Assembly (NCBI GenBank): GCA_963820525.1
Contig: CAWGAA010000001.1
Span: 1,760,001 to 1,824,000, forward strand
Origin: an uncultured Spirochaetota bacterium
Lineage (GTDB): Bacteria; Spirochaetota; Spirochaetia; SZUA-6; Fen-1364
Direction: 5' to 3'
DNA: 64,000 bases
Shown here: positions 29,155 through 40,900 of the stretch, piece by piece
Position numbering within the stretch: the stretch's first letter is position 1
Layout of the letters: each line of letters opens with the position of its first letter
Notes under the pieces: generated by a model
What the model saw: only the letters and a program-made list of their open reading frames with translations
The model's database searches: none
What the model was told of the DNA's origin: nothing
Translations under genes and position numbers: made by a program

Positions 29155-30195
29155 ATGTATCGCAGGTACCTGGTCCGCCGGATAGCCAACGGCCTCGTCA
29201 TCTACGTCGTTCTCATGGCCCTGTTCTCGCTCCTCTTCAACACGACGAATGAAGCCACGGCCAAGGCCCAGATCGAGGAGTCCATCCGCGCGGAGGTGGG
29301 AACGCTTCGAAACATGAGCGCGGAGCAGGTCCAGAAGTACGTGGCGGACCGGCGCGCCTTCAAATACCACGTCTATCACCTGGACAGGCCGTTTCTGGAG
29401 CGCGTGTTCTGGAGGACCGTGGACACCATAACGCTCAACTACGGGCAGTCCACAATCATCAGAAGCTCGCAGGGCGACCGGGAGGTTTGGAAGATCATCC
29501 TGGAGGTCACGCCGCGCACAGTCCTTCTCTTCACCACGGCCATCGTCTTCGAGATCGGCTTCGGGCTCTGGCTGGGCCTCAGAAAGGCCCAGCGGGCGGG
29601 GGGGGTTCTGGACAGATCCACCGACGTCATGACCATGGTGGTCTACGGCATGCCCACGTGGTGGGTGGGGATGCTCCTGATCATGCTCTTCGCCTACATC
29701 GTTCCCATCTTCCCCTCGGGGGGACTGCACGCGCTTCCGCCCCCCCAGGGCTTGGCGGGCCTCCTCGACCTTCTCTACCACATGTCGCTGCCGCTTCTCA
29801 CGCTTCTCCTCGTCGGGTTCTGGGGGGTGGCGCTCCTCACGCGCAACATCGTGCTGGGAATTCTCCAGGAGGACTACATCATGGCGGCGCGGGCGCGGGG
29901 TCTTCCCGAGAGGAGCATCCTCTTCGGCCACACCATGCGCACGGCCGCTCCTCCCATCACGACGATCGCCCTGCTCTCCCTGCTCGCCTCCGTGTCCGGC
30001 AACATCATCTTCGAGGGCATCTACAGCTGGCCCGGAATGGGGAACCTCTACTGGATAGCCGTGGAGCAAAACGACATTCCCGTGCTGATGGGCCTCCTTT
30101 CCGTCACCACGGGGCTTTACGTGGCGGGGCTCGTGGCCCTCGACCTCATCTACGGCCTCCTGGATCCCCGCATCAAGGTGGGAGGCGCCTCATGA
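29155..30195 (+). CDS. Peptide ABC permease (DppB/OppB-like)
   Basis: 'EDYIMAARARGL', 'EGIYSWPGMG', 'LLDPRIK'. Confidence 0.9.
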   Translation: MYRRYLVRRIANGLVIYVVLMALFSLLFNTTNEATAKAQIEESIRAEVGTLRNMSAEQVQKYVADRRAFKYHVYHLDRPFLERVFWRTVDTITLNYGQSTIIRSSQGDREVWKIILEVTPRTVLLFTTAIVFEIGFGLWLGLRKAQRAGGVLDRSTDVMTMVVYGMPTWWVGMLLIMLFAYIVPIFPSGGLHALPPPQGLAGLLDLLYHMSLPLLTLLLVGFWGVALLTRNIVLGILQEDYIMAARARGLPERSILFGHTMRTAAPPITTIALLSLLASVSGNIIFEGIYSWPGMGNLYWIAVEQNDIPVLMGLLSVTTGLYVAGLVALDLIYGLLDPRIKVGGAS

Positions 30196-31595
30196 TGGCG
30201 GAAGACCTGCGCTCCCGGCTTTCCGAGTTCTGGAGCGAGTTCAGCAAGAAGGCATCGGGGATCGTCGGTCTGGTCTTGCTGGCTCTCTTTCTGGCGGGAG
30301 TGATCTTCGAGGGGTCTCTCATCCCGTTCCCCAGGACCAATTCGAAGTGGAACGACATCACCTACTGGGACGACAACCCCAAGAGCGCTCCGCCCGCGTG
30401 GACGAACCTGTTCAGCAGGGAGAAGTCCGCGATCACCGAGGTGGTCCGGAAAAGCACGCTCACGGAGCAGCGGTCGGACACGGTGAAGCTTCTCACCCGG
30501 AGCTTCACATACACCTTCACGTACGACCTTCCCCCGTTGGACGTGATCATGCACTTCACCGGCACGGGCAATATCCCCCTCGTCGTGAGCGTCCAGAGGC
30601 CTGACGGCCGTGAAATCACTCTCTATCAGGAGCAGGCTACCGCGGGTCAGAGCCAGGATGTGCGAATCTCGCTCGCCAGAAACTCATCCGACGCCTTGTT
30701 CGCCTTCGTCCAGGGCTTCGAGAGCCAGGGAACGCTTTCGACGGCGGATGTCGATCAGCTGAAGCCGGCCACTCTCCTCTTCGCCAAAGCGCAGGCCGGA
30801 ATGCTGGAGGATCCCCAGCCCCTTCAGGGCGCCTACGTCTTTACGCTTGCCACGCTCATCCTCGACGCGAGCGACAAGGTGGAGAATCCCTTCATGGTGG
30901 TATCCGGCAGGGTCTCGGGAATCCTCGGAACCGACACGTCGAAGCGCGACATCTGGAGCGGCCTGATCGCCGGGATCAAGTGGGCGCTGCTCATCGGGCT
31001 TCTCACCTCCTTCGTGGCCGTGGCTGTGGGCGTGGTGTACGGGATAACAAGCGCCTACTTCGGAGGCGTCACGGACGCGCTCATGCAGAGAATCTTCGAG
31101 GTGTTCGTCAACATGCCCCTCCTGCCCATCATCATCGTGCTGAGCGCCGTGTTCAAGCCGAGCATCTGGTTCATGATTCTCATGATGAGTGCGTTCTTCT
31201 GGGTGGGGCCCGTGAAGACGGTCCGCTCCATGGCCTTGCAGATAAAAGAAGAGACCTATATCGAGGCTTCCCGGGCCCTTGGGGCGGGAAACGCGAGGAT
31301 CATCTTCCGCCACATGGTGCCCCTCCTGGTGCCGTACTCCTTCGCCTCAATGGCGCTCTCCGTGCCGAGCGCCGTTGTCTACGAGGCCTCGGTGAGCCTC
31401 CTGGGCCTCGGCGACGCTACCATCGTCACCTGGGGCCAGATCCTGCACGACGCTTTCACGGGCGGGGCCGTGCTGAACGGGCTGTGGTGGTGGGTCGTGC
31501 CGCCGGGAATCCTCATCGCGGCAATGGGCATGACCTTCTCCTTCATCGGGTTCGCCCTGGACACGATCCTGCACCCGAAGCTGAGGACGCGCTGA
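30192..31595 (+). CDS. Peptide ABC permease (DppC/OppC-like) with large periplasmic insert
   Basis: ATGA overlap; 'LGTD..KRDIWS', 'YIEASRALGAG', 'WWWVVPPG'. Confidence 0.9.
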   Translation: MMAEDLRSRLSEFWSEFSKKASGIVGLVLLALFLAGVIFEGSLIPFPRTNSKWNDITYWDDNPKSAPPAWTNLFSREKSAITEVVRKSTLTEQRSDTVKLLTRSFTYTFTYDLPPLDVIMHFTGTGNIPLVVSVQRPDGREITLYQEQATAGQSQDVRISLARNSSDALFAFVQGFESQGTLSTADVDQLKPATLLFAKAQAGMLEDPQPLQGAYVFTLATLILDASDKVENPFMVVSGRVSGILGTDTSKRDIWSGLIAGIKWALLIGLLTSFVAVAVGVVYGITSAYFGGVTDALMQRIFEVFVNMPLLPIIIVLSAVFKPSIWFMILMMSAFFWVGPVKTVRSMALQIKEETYIEASRALGAGNARIIFRHMVPLLVPYSFASMALSVPSAVVYEASVSLLGLGDATIVTWGQILHDAFTGGAVLNGLWWWVVPPGILIAAMGMTFSFIGFALDTILHPKLRTR

Positions 31596-32560
31596 TGGAG
31601 CCCGTGATAGACGTCAAGGACCTGGCGCTCTACTACTTCACCAGCAAGGGCCCCGTGCGCGCCGTGGACGGGGTGAGCTTCAGCCTCCTGCCCGGCGAGA
31701 CGCTGGGAATCGTCGGAGAGTCGGGTTGCGGAAAAACCACGCTGGGAGCGGCCCTGCTGAACATGCCTGCGCCTCCCGGCCGCATCATTTCGGGAAGCAT
31801 CCTGATGGACGGCATGGATATAGCCCGGCTTTCCGAAAAGGATCTTCGCCGGGCGGTCCGCTGGGAGAAGATCTCCATGGTGTTTCAGGGCGCCATGAGC
31901 TGCCTGACCCCCGTCTACACGGTGGGAAGGCAGATGATCGAGACCCTGCAGAAGCACCGAAAGATGGAGAAGCGCGAAGCCGAGGAGAGGATCGCCAGGT
32001 ACCTCGGCCTCGTCGGGCTTGCCCCGGAGGTGGCGCGGCGCTACCCGCACGAGCTTTCCGGGGGCATGAAGCAGCGCGTGGTGATCGCGACGGCGCTCTT
32101 CCTGGAGCCGAAGGTCGTGGTTCTCGATGAGCCCACCACCGCCCTCGACGTGATCGTGCAGGCGCAGATCATCAACCTGCTGAAGCGGCTGAAACGGGAC
32201 CTGGACCTGTCCCTGATCTTCATCACGCACGACCTTTCCACGGAGGCCGAGGTGGCGGACCGCATCCTGGTCATGTACGCGGGCCGCGTGGCGGAGATCG
32301 GAACCAACGAGCAAATCTTCGGCGGCGGCCCCTGCCACCCCTACACGAAGAGGCTCCTGGCCGCCACCCCACGGCTGCACGAGAAGGTGAGCGAGCTCTC
32401 CTTCATCCCCGGCGCTCCGCCGGACCTCCTCGATCCGCCCACGGGATGCCGCTTCCGCCCGCGCTGCCCTGTGGCGTTCGGCAAGTGCGTCGAGGAGCCT
32501 CCCCTTCGCGGGATCGAGCCCGGGCACTTCGCTGCCTGCTGGAGATGCCCCGATGCCTGA
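31595..32560 (+). CDS. Peptide ABC ATPase (DppD-like)
   Basis: TGATG coupling; Walker A 'GESGCGKT', 'YPHELSGGMKQR', 'DEPTTALD', C-terminal Cys cluster. Confidence 0.92.
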   Translation: MEPVIDVKDLALYYFTSKGPVRAVDGVSFSLLPGETLGIVGESGCGKTTLGAALLNMPAPPGRIISGSILMDGMDIARLSEKDLRRAVRWEKISMVFQGAMSCLTPVYTVGRQMIETLQKHRKMEKREAEERIARYLGLVGLAPEVARRYPHELSGGMKQRVVIATALFLEPKVVVLDEPTTALDVIVQAQIINLLKRLKRDLDLSLIFITHDLSTEAEVADRILVMYAGRVAEIGTNEQIFGGGPCHPYTKRLLAATPRLHEKVSELSFIPGAPPDLLDPPTGCRFRPRCPVAFGKCVEEPPLRGIEPGHFAACWRCPDA

Positions 32561-33614
32561 AGAGAACGTGCTCGAGGTGAAAGGCCTCGTGAAGCTCTTT
32601 CCCGTCCGCCGCAGTCTTTCCCAGATGATGCGCGGCGAGAGGCGCTTCGTTCACGCCGTGGACGGCGTGAGCTTCGCGGTCCGCCGGGGTGAGATCCTGG
32701 GCCTCGTGGGAGAGTCGGGATGCGGCAAGACAACAATGGGCAAGCTCGTGATGAAGCTCCTGGAGCCCTCAGGCGGCGAGATCCGCTTCGAGGCACACGA
32801 GGTTACCCGGATTGCCGGGGAGGAGCTTGCGCTCTATCGCCGGAAGGTGCAGATGATCTTCCAGGACCCCTATGCATCGATCAACCCGCGATTCAGGATC
32901 CGCGACGTTCTGGAGGAGCCCCTCCTGATCCACCGGATCGGCCGGGACCGGGCGGAGAGAAGCGCGATGATCCGGCAGGCCCTCGCCGCGGTGAAGCTGA
33001 CCCCCGTGGAGGAGTTCATGGGCAGGTTCCCCCACATGCTCTCCGGCGGCCAGCGGCAGAGGGCGGCCACGGCCCGAACCCTGATCCTCTCTCCCCGGCT
33101 CCTGGTGGCGGACGAGCCGGTCTCCATGATCGACCTTTCAACGCGGGCGGAGATCCTGGCGATGATGCGCGACATCCAGCGGGAGTTCGGTCTCTCGTTC
33201 CTCTACATCACCCACGATCTTTCAACGGCACGCTACTTCACCGACAGAATCGCCGTTATGTACCTGGGAAGAATCGTTGAGGTCGGCGCGAGCGACGACA
33301 TCGTGGACCACCCCGTGCACCCTTACACGCGGGCTCTCATCGCCGCGGTATGCGAGCCTCTCCCCGGCAAGGTGGACACGATCAAGGAGCTTCCCATCAC
33401 GGGGGAAGTTCCCTCGGCGGCCGACGTTCCCCGAGGATGCAGGTTCCATACCCGCTGTCCCTATGCGAAGCCCGTCTGCTGGGAGCTCGCCGAGCCGGAG
33501 CTCGAAGCGGTTGGCGCGGGCGCGAAGGAGGGGCCCCGAGCAGCGGGCGCTGAAAGTGCTGACGTGGGCGCGGCCGATCACATGGCCGCATGCCGCCGGT
33601 GGAAAGAGATATAG
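32553..33614 (+). CDS. Peptide ABC ATPase (DppF-like)
   Basis: 'GESGCGKT', 'FQDPYAS', 'LSGGQRQR', 'DEPVSM', 'GCRFHTRCP'. Confidence 0.92.
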   Translation: MPEENVLEVKGLVKLFPVRRSLSQMMRGERRFVHAVDGVSFAVRRGEILGLVGESGCGKTTMGKLVMKLLEPSGGEIRFEAHEVTRIAGEELALYRRKVQMIFQDPYASINPRFRIRDVLEEPLLIHRIGRDRAERSAMIRQALAAVKLTPVEEFMGRFPHMLSGGQRQRAATARTLILSPRLLVADEPVSMIDLSTRAEILAMMRDIQREFGLSFLYITHDLSTARYFTDRIAVMYLGRIVEVGASDDIVDHPVHPYTRALIAAVCEPLPGKVDTIKELPITGEVPSAADVPRGCRFHTRCPYAKPVCWELAEPELEAVGAGAKEGPRAAGAESADVGAADHMAACRRWKEI

Positions 33615-33624
33615 GAGGACATTC

Positions 33625-34884
33625 GTGATAGATCCCATGCAATGCCGATCCCATTTCCCATCCCTCGAATCGGGAGCCCTGCATTTCGACGGCCCGGGAG
33701 GAACGCAGATCGCGCGCGAGGCCATGGATCGGATGCGGGAATACCTGGTGACCTCCAACGCCAACCATGGCGGCGCGTTCAAGACGAGCCGCGAGTCGGA
33801 CGCGATCGTGCGCGAGGCCCGGCAGGCCATGGCCGATTTCCTGGGGGCGCGGAGAAGGGAGGAGATCATATTCGGCCAGAACATGACTTCCCTCACCCTT
33901 CATATTGCGCGAAGCCTCTCCGGGAAGCTCTCCCCGGGGGACGAGATCGTCGTGACGCGCCTGGATCATGACGCCAACGTCTCCCCCTGGCTCCTGGCCG
34001 CCCGGGACAGGGGATGCACGGTGCGATGGCTGGATTTCGACCCGGCGGACTGTACGTGGAGCGTGGAGGAGCTTTCCCGGCTGGTGAACAAGAAAACCAA
34101 AATCGTGGCGCTCGGGCTGGCGTCAAACGCCGTGGGAACGGTAAATCCCCTGCGTGAGGCGCTTCGCGTGGCCCGGCAGGCGGGAGCGGTCACCTTCGTG
34201 GACGCCGTGCACTTAGCGCCCCATGGCCGTATCGACGTGGAGGACCTGGGCTGCGACCTCCTGGCCTGTTCCGCGTACAAGTTCTTCGGGCCGCATACCG
34301 GCATCCTCTACGGCCGCTACGAGCTTCTGGACAGGCTCGCAGCCTACAAGGTGAGGCCCGCGGGAGACGCGCCGCCCGACAAATGGGAGACGGGGACGCA
34401 GAGCTTCGAATCGATCGCGGGCGTGATCGGCGCAGTCGAGTACCTGGAATGGCTGGGCAGGAGCTTCGGCTCGACGTTCACGGGACGGTTCCCCGGCCTG
34501 AGCGGCCGCAGGCTCTCGCTGGCCTGTGCCATGACCGCGATCACGGAGATGGAGCAGGGCTACTCCCGGCTCATGCTCGAGGGGCTCTCCCGGATCACGG
34601 GCGTGAAGATCTACGGGATAACCGATCCCGCCAGATTCGAAAGCCGCGTGCCGACGTTCGCTTTCACCGTGGATGGCATTCCCCCGCGCGCTTTCTGTGA
34701 AAAGCTGGACAAGGCCGGCATCTACGCGTGGGACGGCAACTACTACGCCCTTGAGGTGACGACCCGCCTGGGCCTGGAGGCATCGGGGGGAATGGTGCGC
34801 GTCGGCGCCGTGCACTACAACACCCCGCAGGAGATCGCGCGGCTCGTGGAAGCGGTAGAGGAAATAGCGTCCAGAGCGAAGTGA
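33625..34884 (+). CDS. Cysteine desulfurase-like PLP enzyme (aminotransferase class V)
   Basis: AGGAGG RBS before GTG; 'DGPGGTQ', 'LDHDANVSPW', 'VDAVH', 'CSAYKFFGPH', 'ETGT'. Confidence 0.88.
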   Translation: MIDPMQCRSHFPSLESGALHFDGPGGTQIAREAMDRMREYLVTSNANHGGAFKTSRESDAIVREARQAMADFLGARRREEIIFGQNMTSLTLHIARSLSGKLSPGDEIVVTRLDHDANVSPWLLAARDRGCTVRWLDFDPADCTWSVEELSRLVNKKTKIVALGLASNAVGTVNPLREALRVARQAGAVTFVDAVHLAPHGRIDVEDLGCDLLACSAYKFFGPHTGILYGRYELLDRLAAYKVRPAGDAPPDKWETGTQSFESIAGVIGAVEYLEWLGRSFGSTFTGRFPGLSGRRLSLACAMTAITEMEQGYSRLMLEGLSRITGVKIYGITDPARFESRVPTFAFTVDGIPPRAFCEKLDKAGIYAWDGNYYALEVTTRLGLEASGGMVRVGAVHYNTPQEIARLVEAVEEIASRAK

Positions 34885-34915
34885 GCACTGGATCGGTGCG
34901 CTTTCGCCTTACCTC

Positions 34916-37900
34916 TCACCTCCGTACAACGAATACAATGGGTGCAAAGGATTGGGATCCAAAACCTTGAAGCACGAATTGCTCTCCTGCGTTCACTTTA
35001 TAGCTCAAGACATCGTACCTTCTGAAGGTCTTGATGAATTCCAGGCCCTTCGTTTCAAGATCGAATAAATCGAAATCTTCTTTCTTGAATCCATGTCTCT
35101 CAAAATGTTCCTTTTCTTCAGGGGTGTCGGTAAGAACAATGACTTTCACGTCGTGTAGTGCCATGAAGCTGAGGTACTCTTCGCCAAGCATGCCCTTATT
35201 GCTATTAAAAGTCTGGATCTGGTGGATTGCGTCAAAGCCCTTCATCGGGATCGTGAATGTCGCATCAGCATCCGCATAGATGAAATCCTCTGTATCACAG
35301 TACAGGTTATACGCAAATGCGATTTCTTTCGATGCGAACTTTATATTGTCGACCAACAACTCACCGCCCATATTTTTCAGAAAAACGAGTTGATCACCTC
35401 CTTTACCGCTTTCGAAGTCTTCTATACATCGCGCCGGAACCCTACTCGAGTCTGTAATCATGTCGATTAGGTCTCTTTCCCATCGTTTTCCTTTTTCTCT
35501 TTTCGTCAAGATGTTGCCTTTGGAATCTATAAGAGTGTTCAATAAAGCTTTTCCTTTCAGCAGGCTCGTGTGGACGCCATTCACGATATCGTACTTAGTG
35601 AGGATTTCCCCGTCCTCCTTCACTTTGGTGTAGACAATGTACCTCCCTTGTAAGATAGGAGCTTTTGCTTCAAAAGAGGAAATGGCTTTGGGCCCTTTGT
35701 CATCAAGAAGATACAGGTATATCATGCGCGCGTTGGGATCTCCCGCATCGAAAGCCAGAAGGTTCGATTGGATCGAGAAATTGTTTATTTTCCCATACGC
35801 GAGATCATAGTCGAAAACACGTGACACCTCTCCATTCTTCAAGCAGTACAGCTCCTGATCGCTTTCCCTTTCTAGGAGGAACATAACGATAGTGCCGTTC
35901 CTTTGCATCTTTTGGATCGGCCGAGGTGAGAAAAACACCTCGCGTTTTGTCTGCTTCGAGATGTCATACTCCACGATGGTTTCGCCGCTGCGCGCTTCTA
36001 CTATCCAATAAACACGGCCTTCGACGATAAGCGGATTCCGGCAGCCTCCTCCGAAGGAGATTTGGAGACCGGGCTGGCGCTTCTCGTTTATTGTATAGAG
36101 GTAAATATCCTCCCGGTCGTGCCTTATCTCCGCTGCAGCAACATACCCACCTCCAATGTCAAGCTCTTTTCTTACTTCCGCTTTTAATGTAATCCTCCCT
36201 TTCCTTTCTAGCGGCTCGTGCGCGCTATTTATCAATTCAGCTACAAAGATGTGTCCCTTATTTCCCCCGTGGACATACACGAGCTTTTCATCTCCCATAG
36301 AATAGACTCTCAGTGCTAGATCTACGTCATTGAGGAAAAGAGTTCTATAGGAAACAATATTGTAATCAGTTACAACGGCAAGACTGACCGGTCTGCTGTT
36401 TTCCTTATTACCAAGGTTGTCTTCTGCATAGTATTCGACTGCGTGCGCGCCATCTGAAAGGTTGATCGGCTCTACATACTGAAGCCACGGATCCTTTCCA
36501 TCGATCCTGAAATAAATCGCTTTCACGCCGCTTGCAGAATCGATTGCTGTAAGCTCAACCTTGTCCGATTCCTTCAGGTATAGGTCCGAATCTAGGTAAA
36601 GACCGCCGCCGCTCTGCACCCTCAACTCGCTTGTTGGAGGGCTGTCATCTATGATGAGGATGTAACTATGAATGAGCTCGATGTTTCCGGCCTTGTCAAC
36701 AGCGTAATACTTGATTTCATGGATGCCTTCTGATACGAATCTGATCGACTCCCCTTGATAAATCGCGTAATTACCATCATCAAGCATGCAGTAAATCTTG
36801 TCCACGCCCGTGGCAAATGATTCGTTTTCGCCTACATTATCTTCTGATTGAAGAGTAAAGAGCACATCGCTCCTATAGTAGTCCTGATTATTGGAAGTGT
36901 ATGGCGGGTAGCTTGGAGTGAGCTTGGTTACAGGTGGCGTCATGTCAGGGATGGGAGTTACCACGGAAACGGTCTTCTTCTCTTCGATATTCCCGACGTT
37001 GTCCCTACTGTAGTACTCTATCGTATGTTTCCCGTCTGATGTGAACTTGAATAGATTCGGGCTAACAGCAACGCCATCGACAAGCACGAAAGTATTCGAC
37101 ACTCCGCTTTTCCCATCCACTCCGGTCCATCTAAACTCATAGCGGGAGTCCGCATAGAGCGTTTCTTCTATGTGCACCAAAGGAATGTTGGTTGTCATGA
37201 ATGTTTGCGGTGCTGTATTGTCTATTGAAATCTGGGACGTTTTCTCCTGAGAATAGTTATCAAGGTAATCTTTCGCATAGTACCGTAGCACATAATCCGC
37301 TTCCCGGCTCAATACGAAAGGCATTCTATACACCAAGTATTCGGCGCCATTCAGGTCGTAGCTGATCTGTTTTACACCTGCAAAATTATCCGTGGCTTGA
37401 AGTTCATACTGCTTTCCCCCTTGCGCGTAGATGACTCCGCCCGCCGTATACACGCCATCGGGAACGACAAGCTGCGCGTTCGGCGGTTGTGTATCCACAG
37501 CGATAGTAATCGGTTCTCTCTGCTCTTTGTTGCCGACCCTGTCAACTGCAGAGAATGCAAAAGAATGTTCTTTCGCATCAGAAATCGCAATGGGCTGGCT
37601 ATACTGGCGCGCCTCCCCATCAAGTGCATAATTGATTCGATCGAGGCCTGATCTAGAGTCCTCCCTACCCGTATCTTGAGCGGATAAGAAGATGGCGGTT
37701 GGCGAAGCTAGTGCAAGTATATTTCGCTGTAACGAGTAATAAGAGTTCCCTTCGGTAACGAGAGTTGTCAATGGAGGAGCTATGTCGATGACGACTCTAC
37801 CGATTGGCTTTTCGGTTGTGTTTCCCACACCATCTTTCACCCGCACGATTACATTCACAGGCCCTTCGCGATAGAGTCGGATCCCTGCCTCATAGCTCTG

Positions 37901-40900
37901 CCAGAGGTCTCCTTCTATTCGATATTCGACTTTCTTCACGCCTGATGCTGAGGCTCCGACTCCGTCCGTCGAGATAATGACAATATTGTTCTCAAGAGGA
38001 ATGAAAACAGTGTCCCCCTGGACGTACTTAGGTTCCCCGACCTCTGTAGTAAAATCAGGCGGAGTCGCGTCCACAATGTAGCTTTCTCTCTTCCACGCCG
38101 ATGCATTGCCGAAGTTATCGACACCAGAGTATGAAATGTTATATATCCCGTCGCCGGTGGGCTTTATCGGTTCCTTATATACCCTCAACTCTCCATCGTT
38201 GATTATGTAGCGCACCTCGGCGACTCTCGAATATATGTCGTTTGAATCGGCCAAAAGGTAAAGAGTGTTATGACCATTTATGAATTGCTTTCCATCTATG
38301 ATTATTGGTGCCGTCTCTCTGATACATTCGACAACCGGGGGATTGTTGTCCGCGATAAATGCCTTTTCTATCACGGATGTATTGTCAGCCTTATCCTTCA
38401 AGGTGAATATAAACTTCGCGTCAACGATCGGATCTGAAACTACCCGCGAGTTCCAGACACAATCAATGGATATAGAGGTTCCAGTCAGAAGAATTGTGTC
38501 CGAACTATTACGCCTTACGGCTACTTGCCACCCTGAGATATCATGGTTTTCTACCACTTGGGCTTTGATATGAATCTCCCCGCTTTGTACAGCAGCAAAA
38601 TCTGGAGACGAAAGAACAATTCCGGGCGGGGGCCTGTCTACTATGATATTTCGCTCTACCTGTGATTGATTTCCCGCGTGATCGATCGCAGAAAGAACAA
38701 AGGTGTAGCCGCTCTCGGAAAGCTCATCGGGATTGAATGACAACGCCTCAAGGTCTCTTTCCGTGCCGTTTGCGAGTATTGTTTTCACCAAAGTATTTTT
38801 CTCGTCATACAATCGCAGAGAAATTGAATCAAGATTCTTATCCGAAGCGCTTGCAGGGATTCTTATTTCTGTCTGCGAGGAAAAGTATGTTCCGAGATCT
38901 CCAAAAGCAACCGATGGCGCCATATTATCCACAACGAAGTGCGCGAGTGCTTCATAACTGCCGAACACCTGATGGGTTACGCGAAGTCGGACACTGTATA
39001 CACCGTCCGAAAGCCCCGATATATCAAGTATGTGAGTACCCGATGCTGGTTGACTTCCAAGATTTATTGTCCGGAGCACGACTTTGTCTTTATCAAGGAT
39101 TTCGAGATCGATATCTGCTCCTTGCGCCATCAAGAAGTAAACCTGCGGTGGATGGGAGAAGGAGCCGTAGAACCTGTCCACTCCGAAGCCCGTTATGAAA
39201 CTCTCGTAATCTCTGGTAAGCAGAAAGCTGTCTTCCCGATAGTTGCCCGCTTTATCCCACACTTTCAGCGCGATCGGAGTCTGGCCCTGAGGTGCAGTGA
39301 GGATAGGAAAATAATACAAATCCCCTTTGACATTCTGATTTTGTTCTGCCGCGAGAATTTTCGGCTCGCTGCCACTCCCCATGGACATCTCATAGCGGTC
39401 AATATTCGTATCGGAAGCAACTGCCTGGATGGTGAAGTTGTCTCTCCCCGTATAGTTTTCAAGATTTGGAAAGAGAAATTGGGCTGTGAGGTTTATGCCC
39501 GCAGGAATCTGTTGAAATGCATAAGACTGGCCATAGACTCCCCATTCACTTCCATCTTGAAGCCATGATAACCATACAACGACAAACCCAGCGCTGGCCT
39601 GAGCAACAAAAGACATGGCTTGTTCATTTGCTGTATATGTATTGACCCTGAACTCGCCTCCTGAGGGAACACCATTTGCATCATATCTCTTCCCATAGAC
39701 TCCCGAAATGCTTCCATCCTGGCCAAAAGATGTCCATACAACGACAAACCCATCGCTGGTCTGAGCAACAGAAGGACCGCATTGATCACCTACTATATAT
39801 GTATTGACCCTGAACTCACTCCCTAAAGGAACACCATTTACATCATATCTTTGCCCATAGAGTCCCCATTCGCTTCCATCCTGGCCGTAAGATGACCATA
39901 CAACGACAAACCCGCCCCCGATCTGAACAACTGCAGACTCGCTTTGATTACCTGCAATATATGTATTGACGCTGAACTCACTCCCCAAGGGAATACCATT
40001 AGCATCATATCTTTGTCCATAAATTCCATATGAGCTTCCATCCTGGCCGTTGGATGTCCACGCAACGACAAACCCATCGCTGGTCTGAGCAACAGAAGGA
40101 TATTCCTGAGCGTTAGTCGTATATGTATTGACCCTGAACTCACCCCCCAAGGGAACACCATTAGCATCATATCTTTGTCCATAAATTCCATATGAGCTTC
40201 CATCCTGTCCCCAGGATGTCCATATAACGACAAACCCATCCCTGATCTGAGCAACAGAAGGTTTATCTTGATTAGCTAACGTATATGTATTGATCTTGAA
40301 CTCACGCCCCAAGGGAACACCATCTGCATCATATCTTTGCCCATAGAGTCCCCATTCGCTTCCATCTTGGCCGTTGGATGTCCACACAACGACAAACCCA
40401 TCGCGTGTCTGAGCAACAGAAGGAAGTTCCTGAGCGTTAGTCGTATATGTATTGACCTTGAACTCACCCCCCAAGGGAACACCATCTGCATCATATCTTT
40501 GCCCATATATTCCATATGAGCTTCCATCCTGGCCTTCGGATGCCCATACGACGATAAACCCATCCCTTATCTGAGCAACAGAAGACATGCTCTGATCGAA
40601 CGCCGTATTTGTATTGACTCTGAACTCCTCTCCAATTGGAGAGAGAATTATTTCAGCAATTGAATCATCTGCTCTATTATTATCGACCCACACCCCAATT
40701 TTTGTATTTGCATTGTTCCCATATTTATCTTCATGGCTAATCCAGATATTATACTTTGCATCAGGTAATACTTTCTGAGTATCGTCTCTTCCATCCCATT
40801 GTACGTTAAAAGCGCTCCCTGCTGTAAGCGCATGAGATCCAGCAAGATTCCTTACAACTTCTCCCGAGAGTTTTCGTACGCTCACTTCCACATTGACTTG

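Noticed and set aside
29487..30191. Long N-terminal extensions in the ORF track (dppC, dppD, desulfurase-like gene, GH51, the 12174 ORF)
   Set aside because: They overlap upstream genes. RBS positions and stop/start coupling support the downstream starts used above.
34885..34915. att site or target-site duplication at the island ends
   Set aside because: Only a short CGCTTTCG match with ~45917, which is expected by chance; no tRNA or integrase nearby.
39520..40636. 162-bp repeats as a CRISPR array or a diversity-generating retroelement TR/VR
   Set aside because: They are in-frame protein repeats. No reverse transcriptase is present and differences do not appear confined to adenines.
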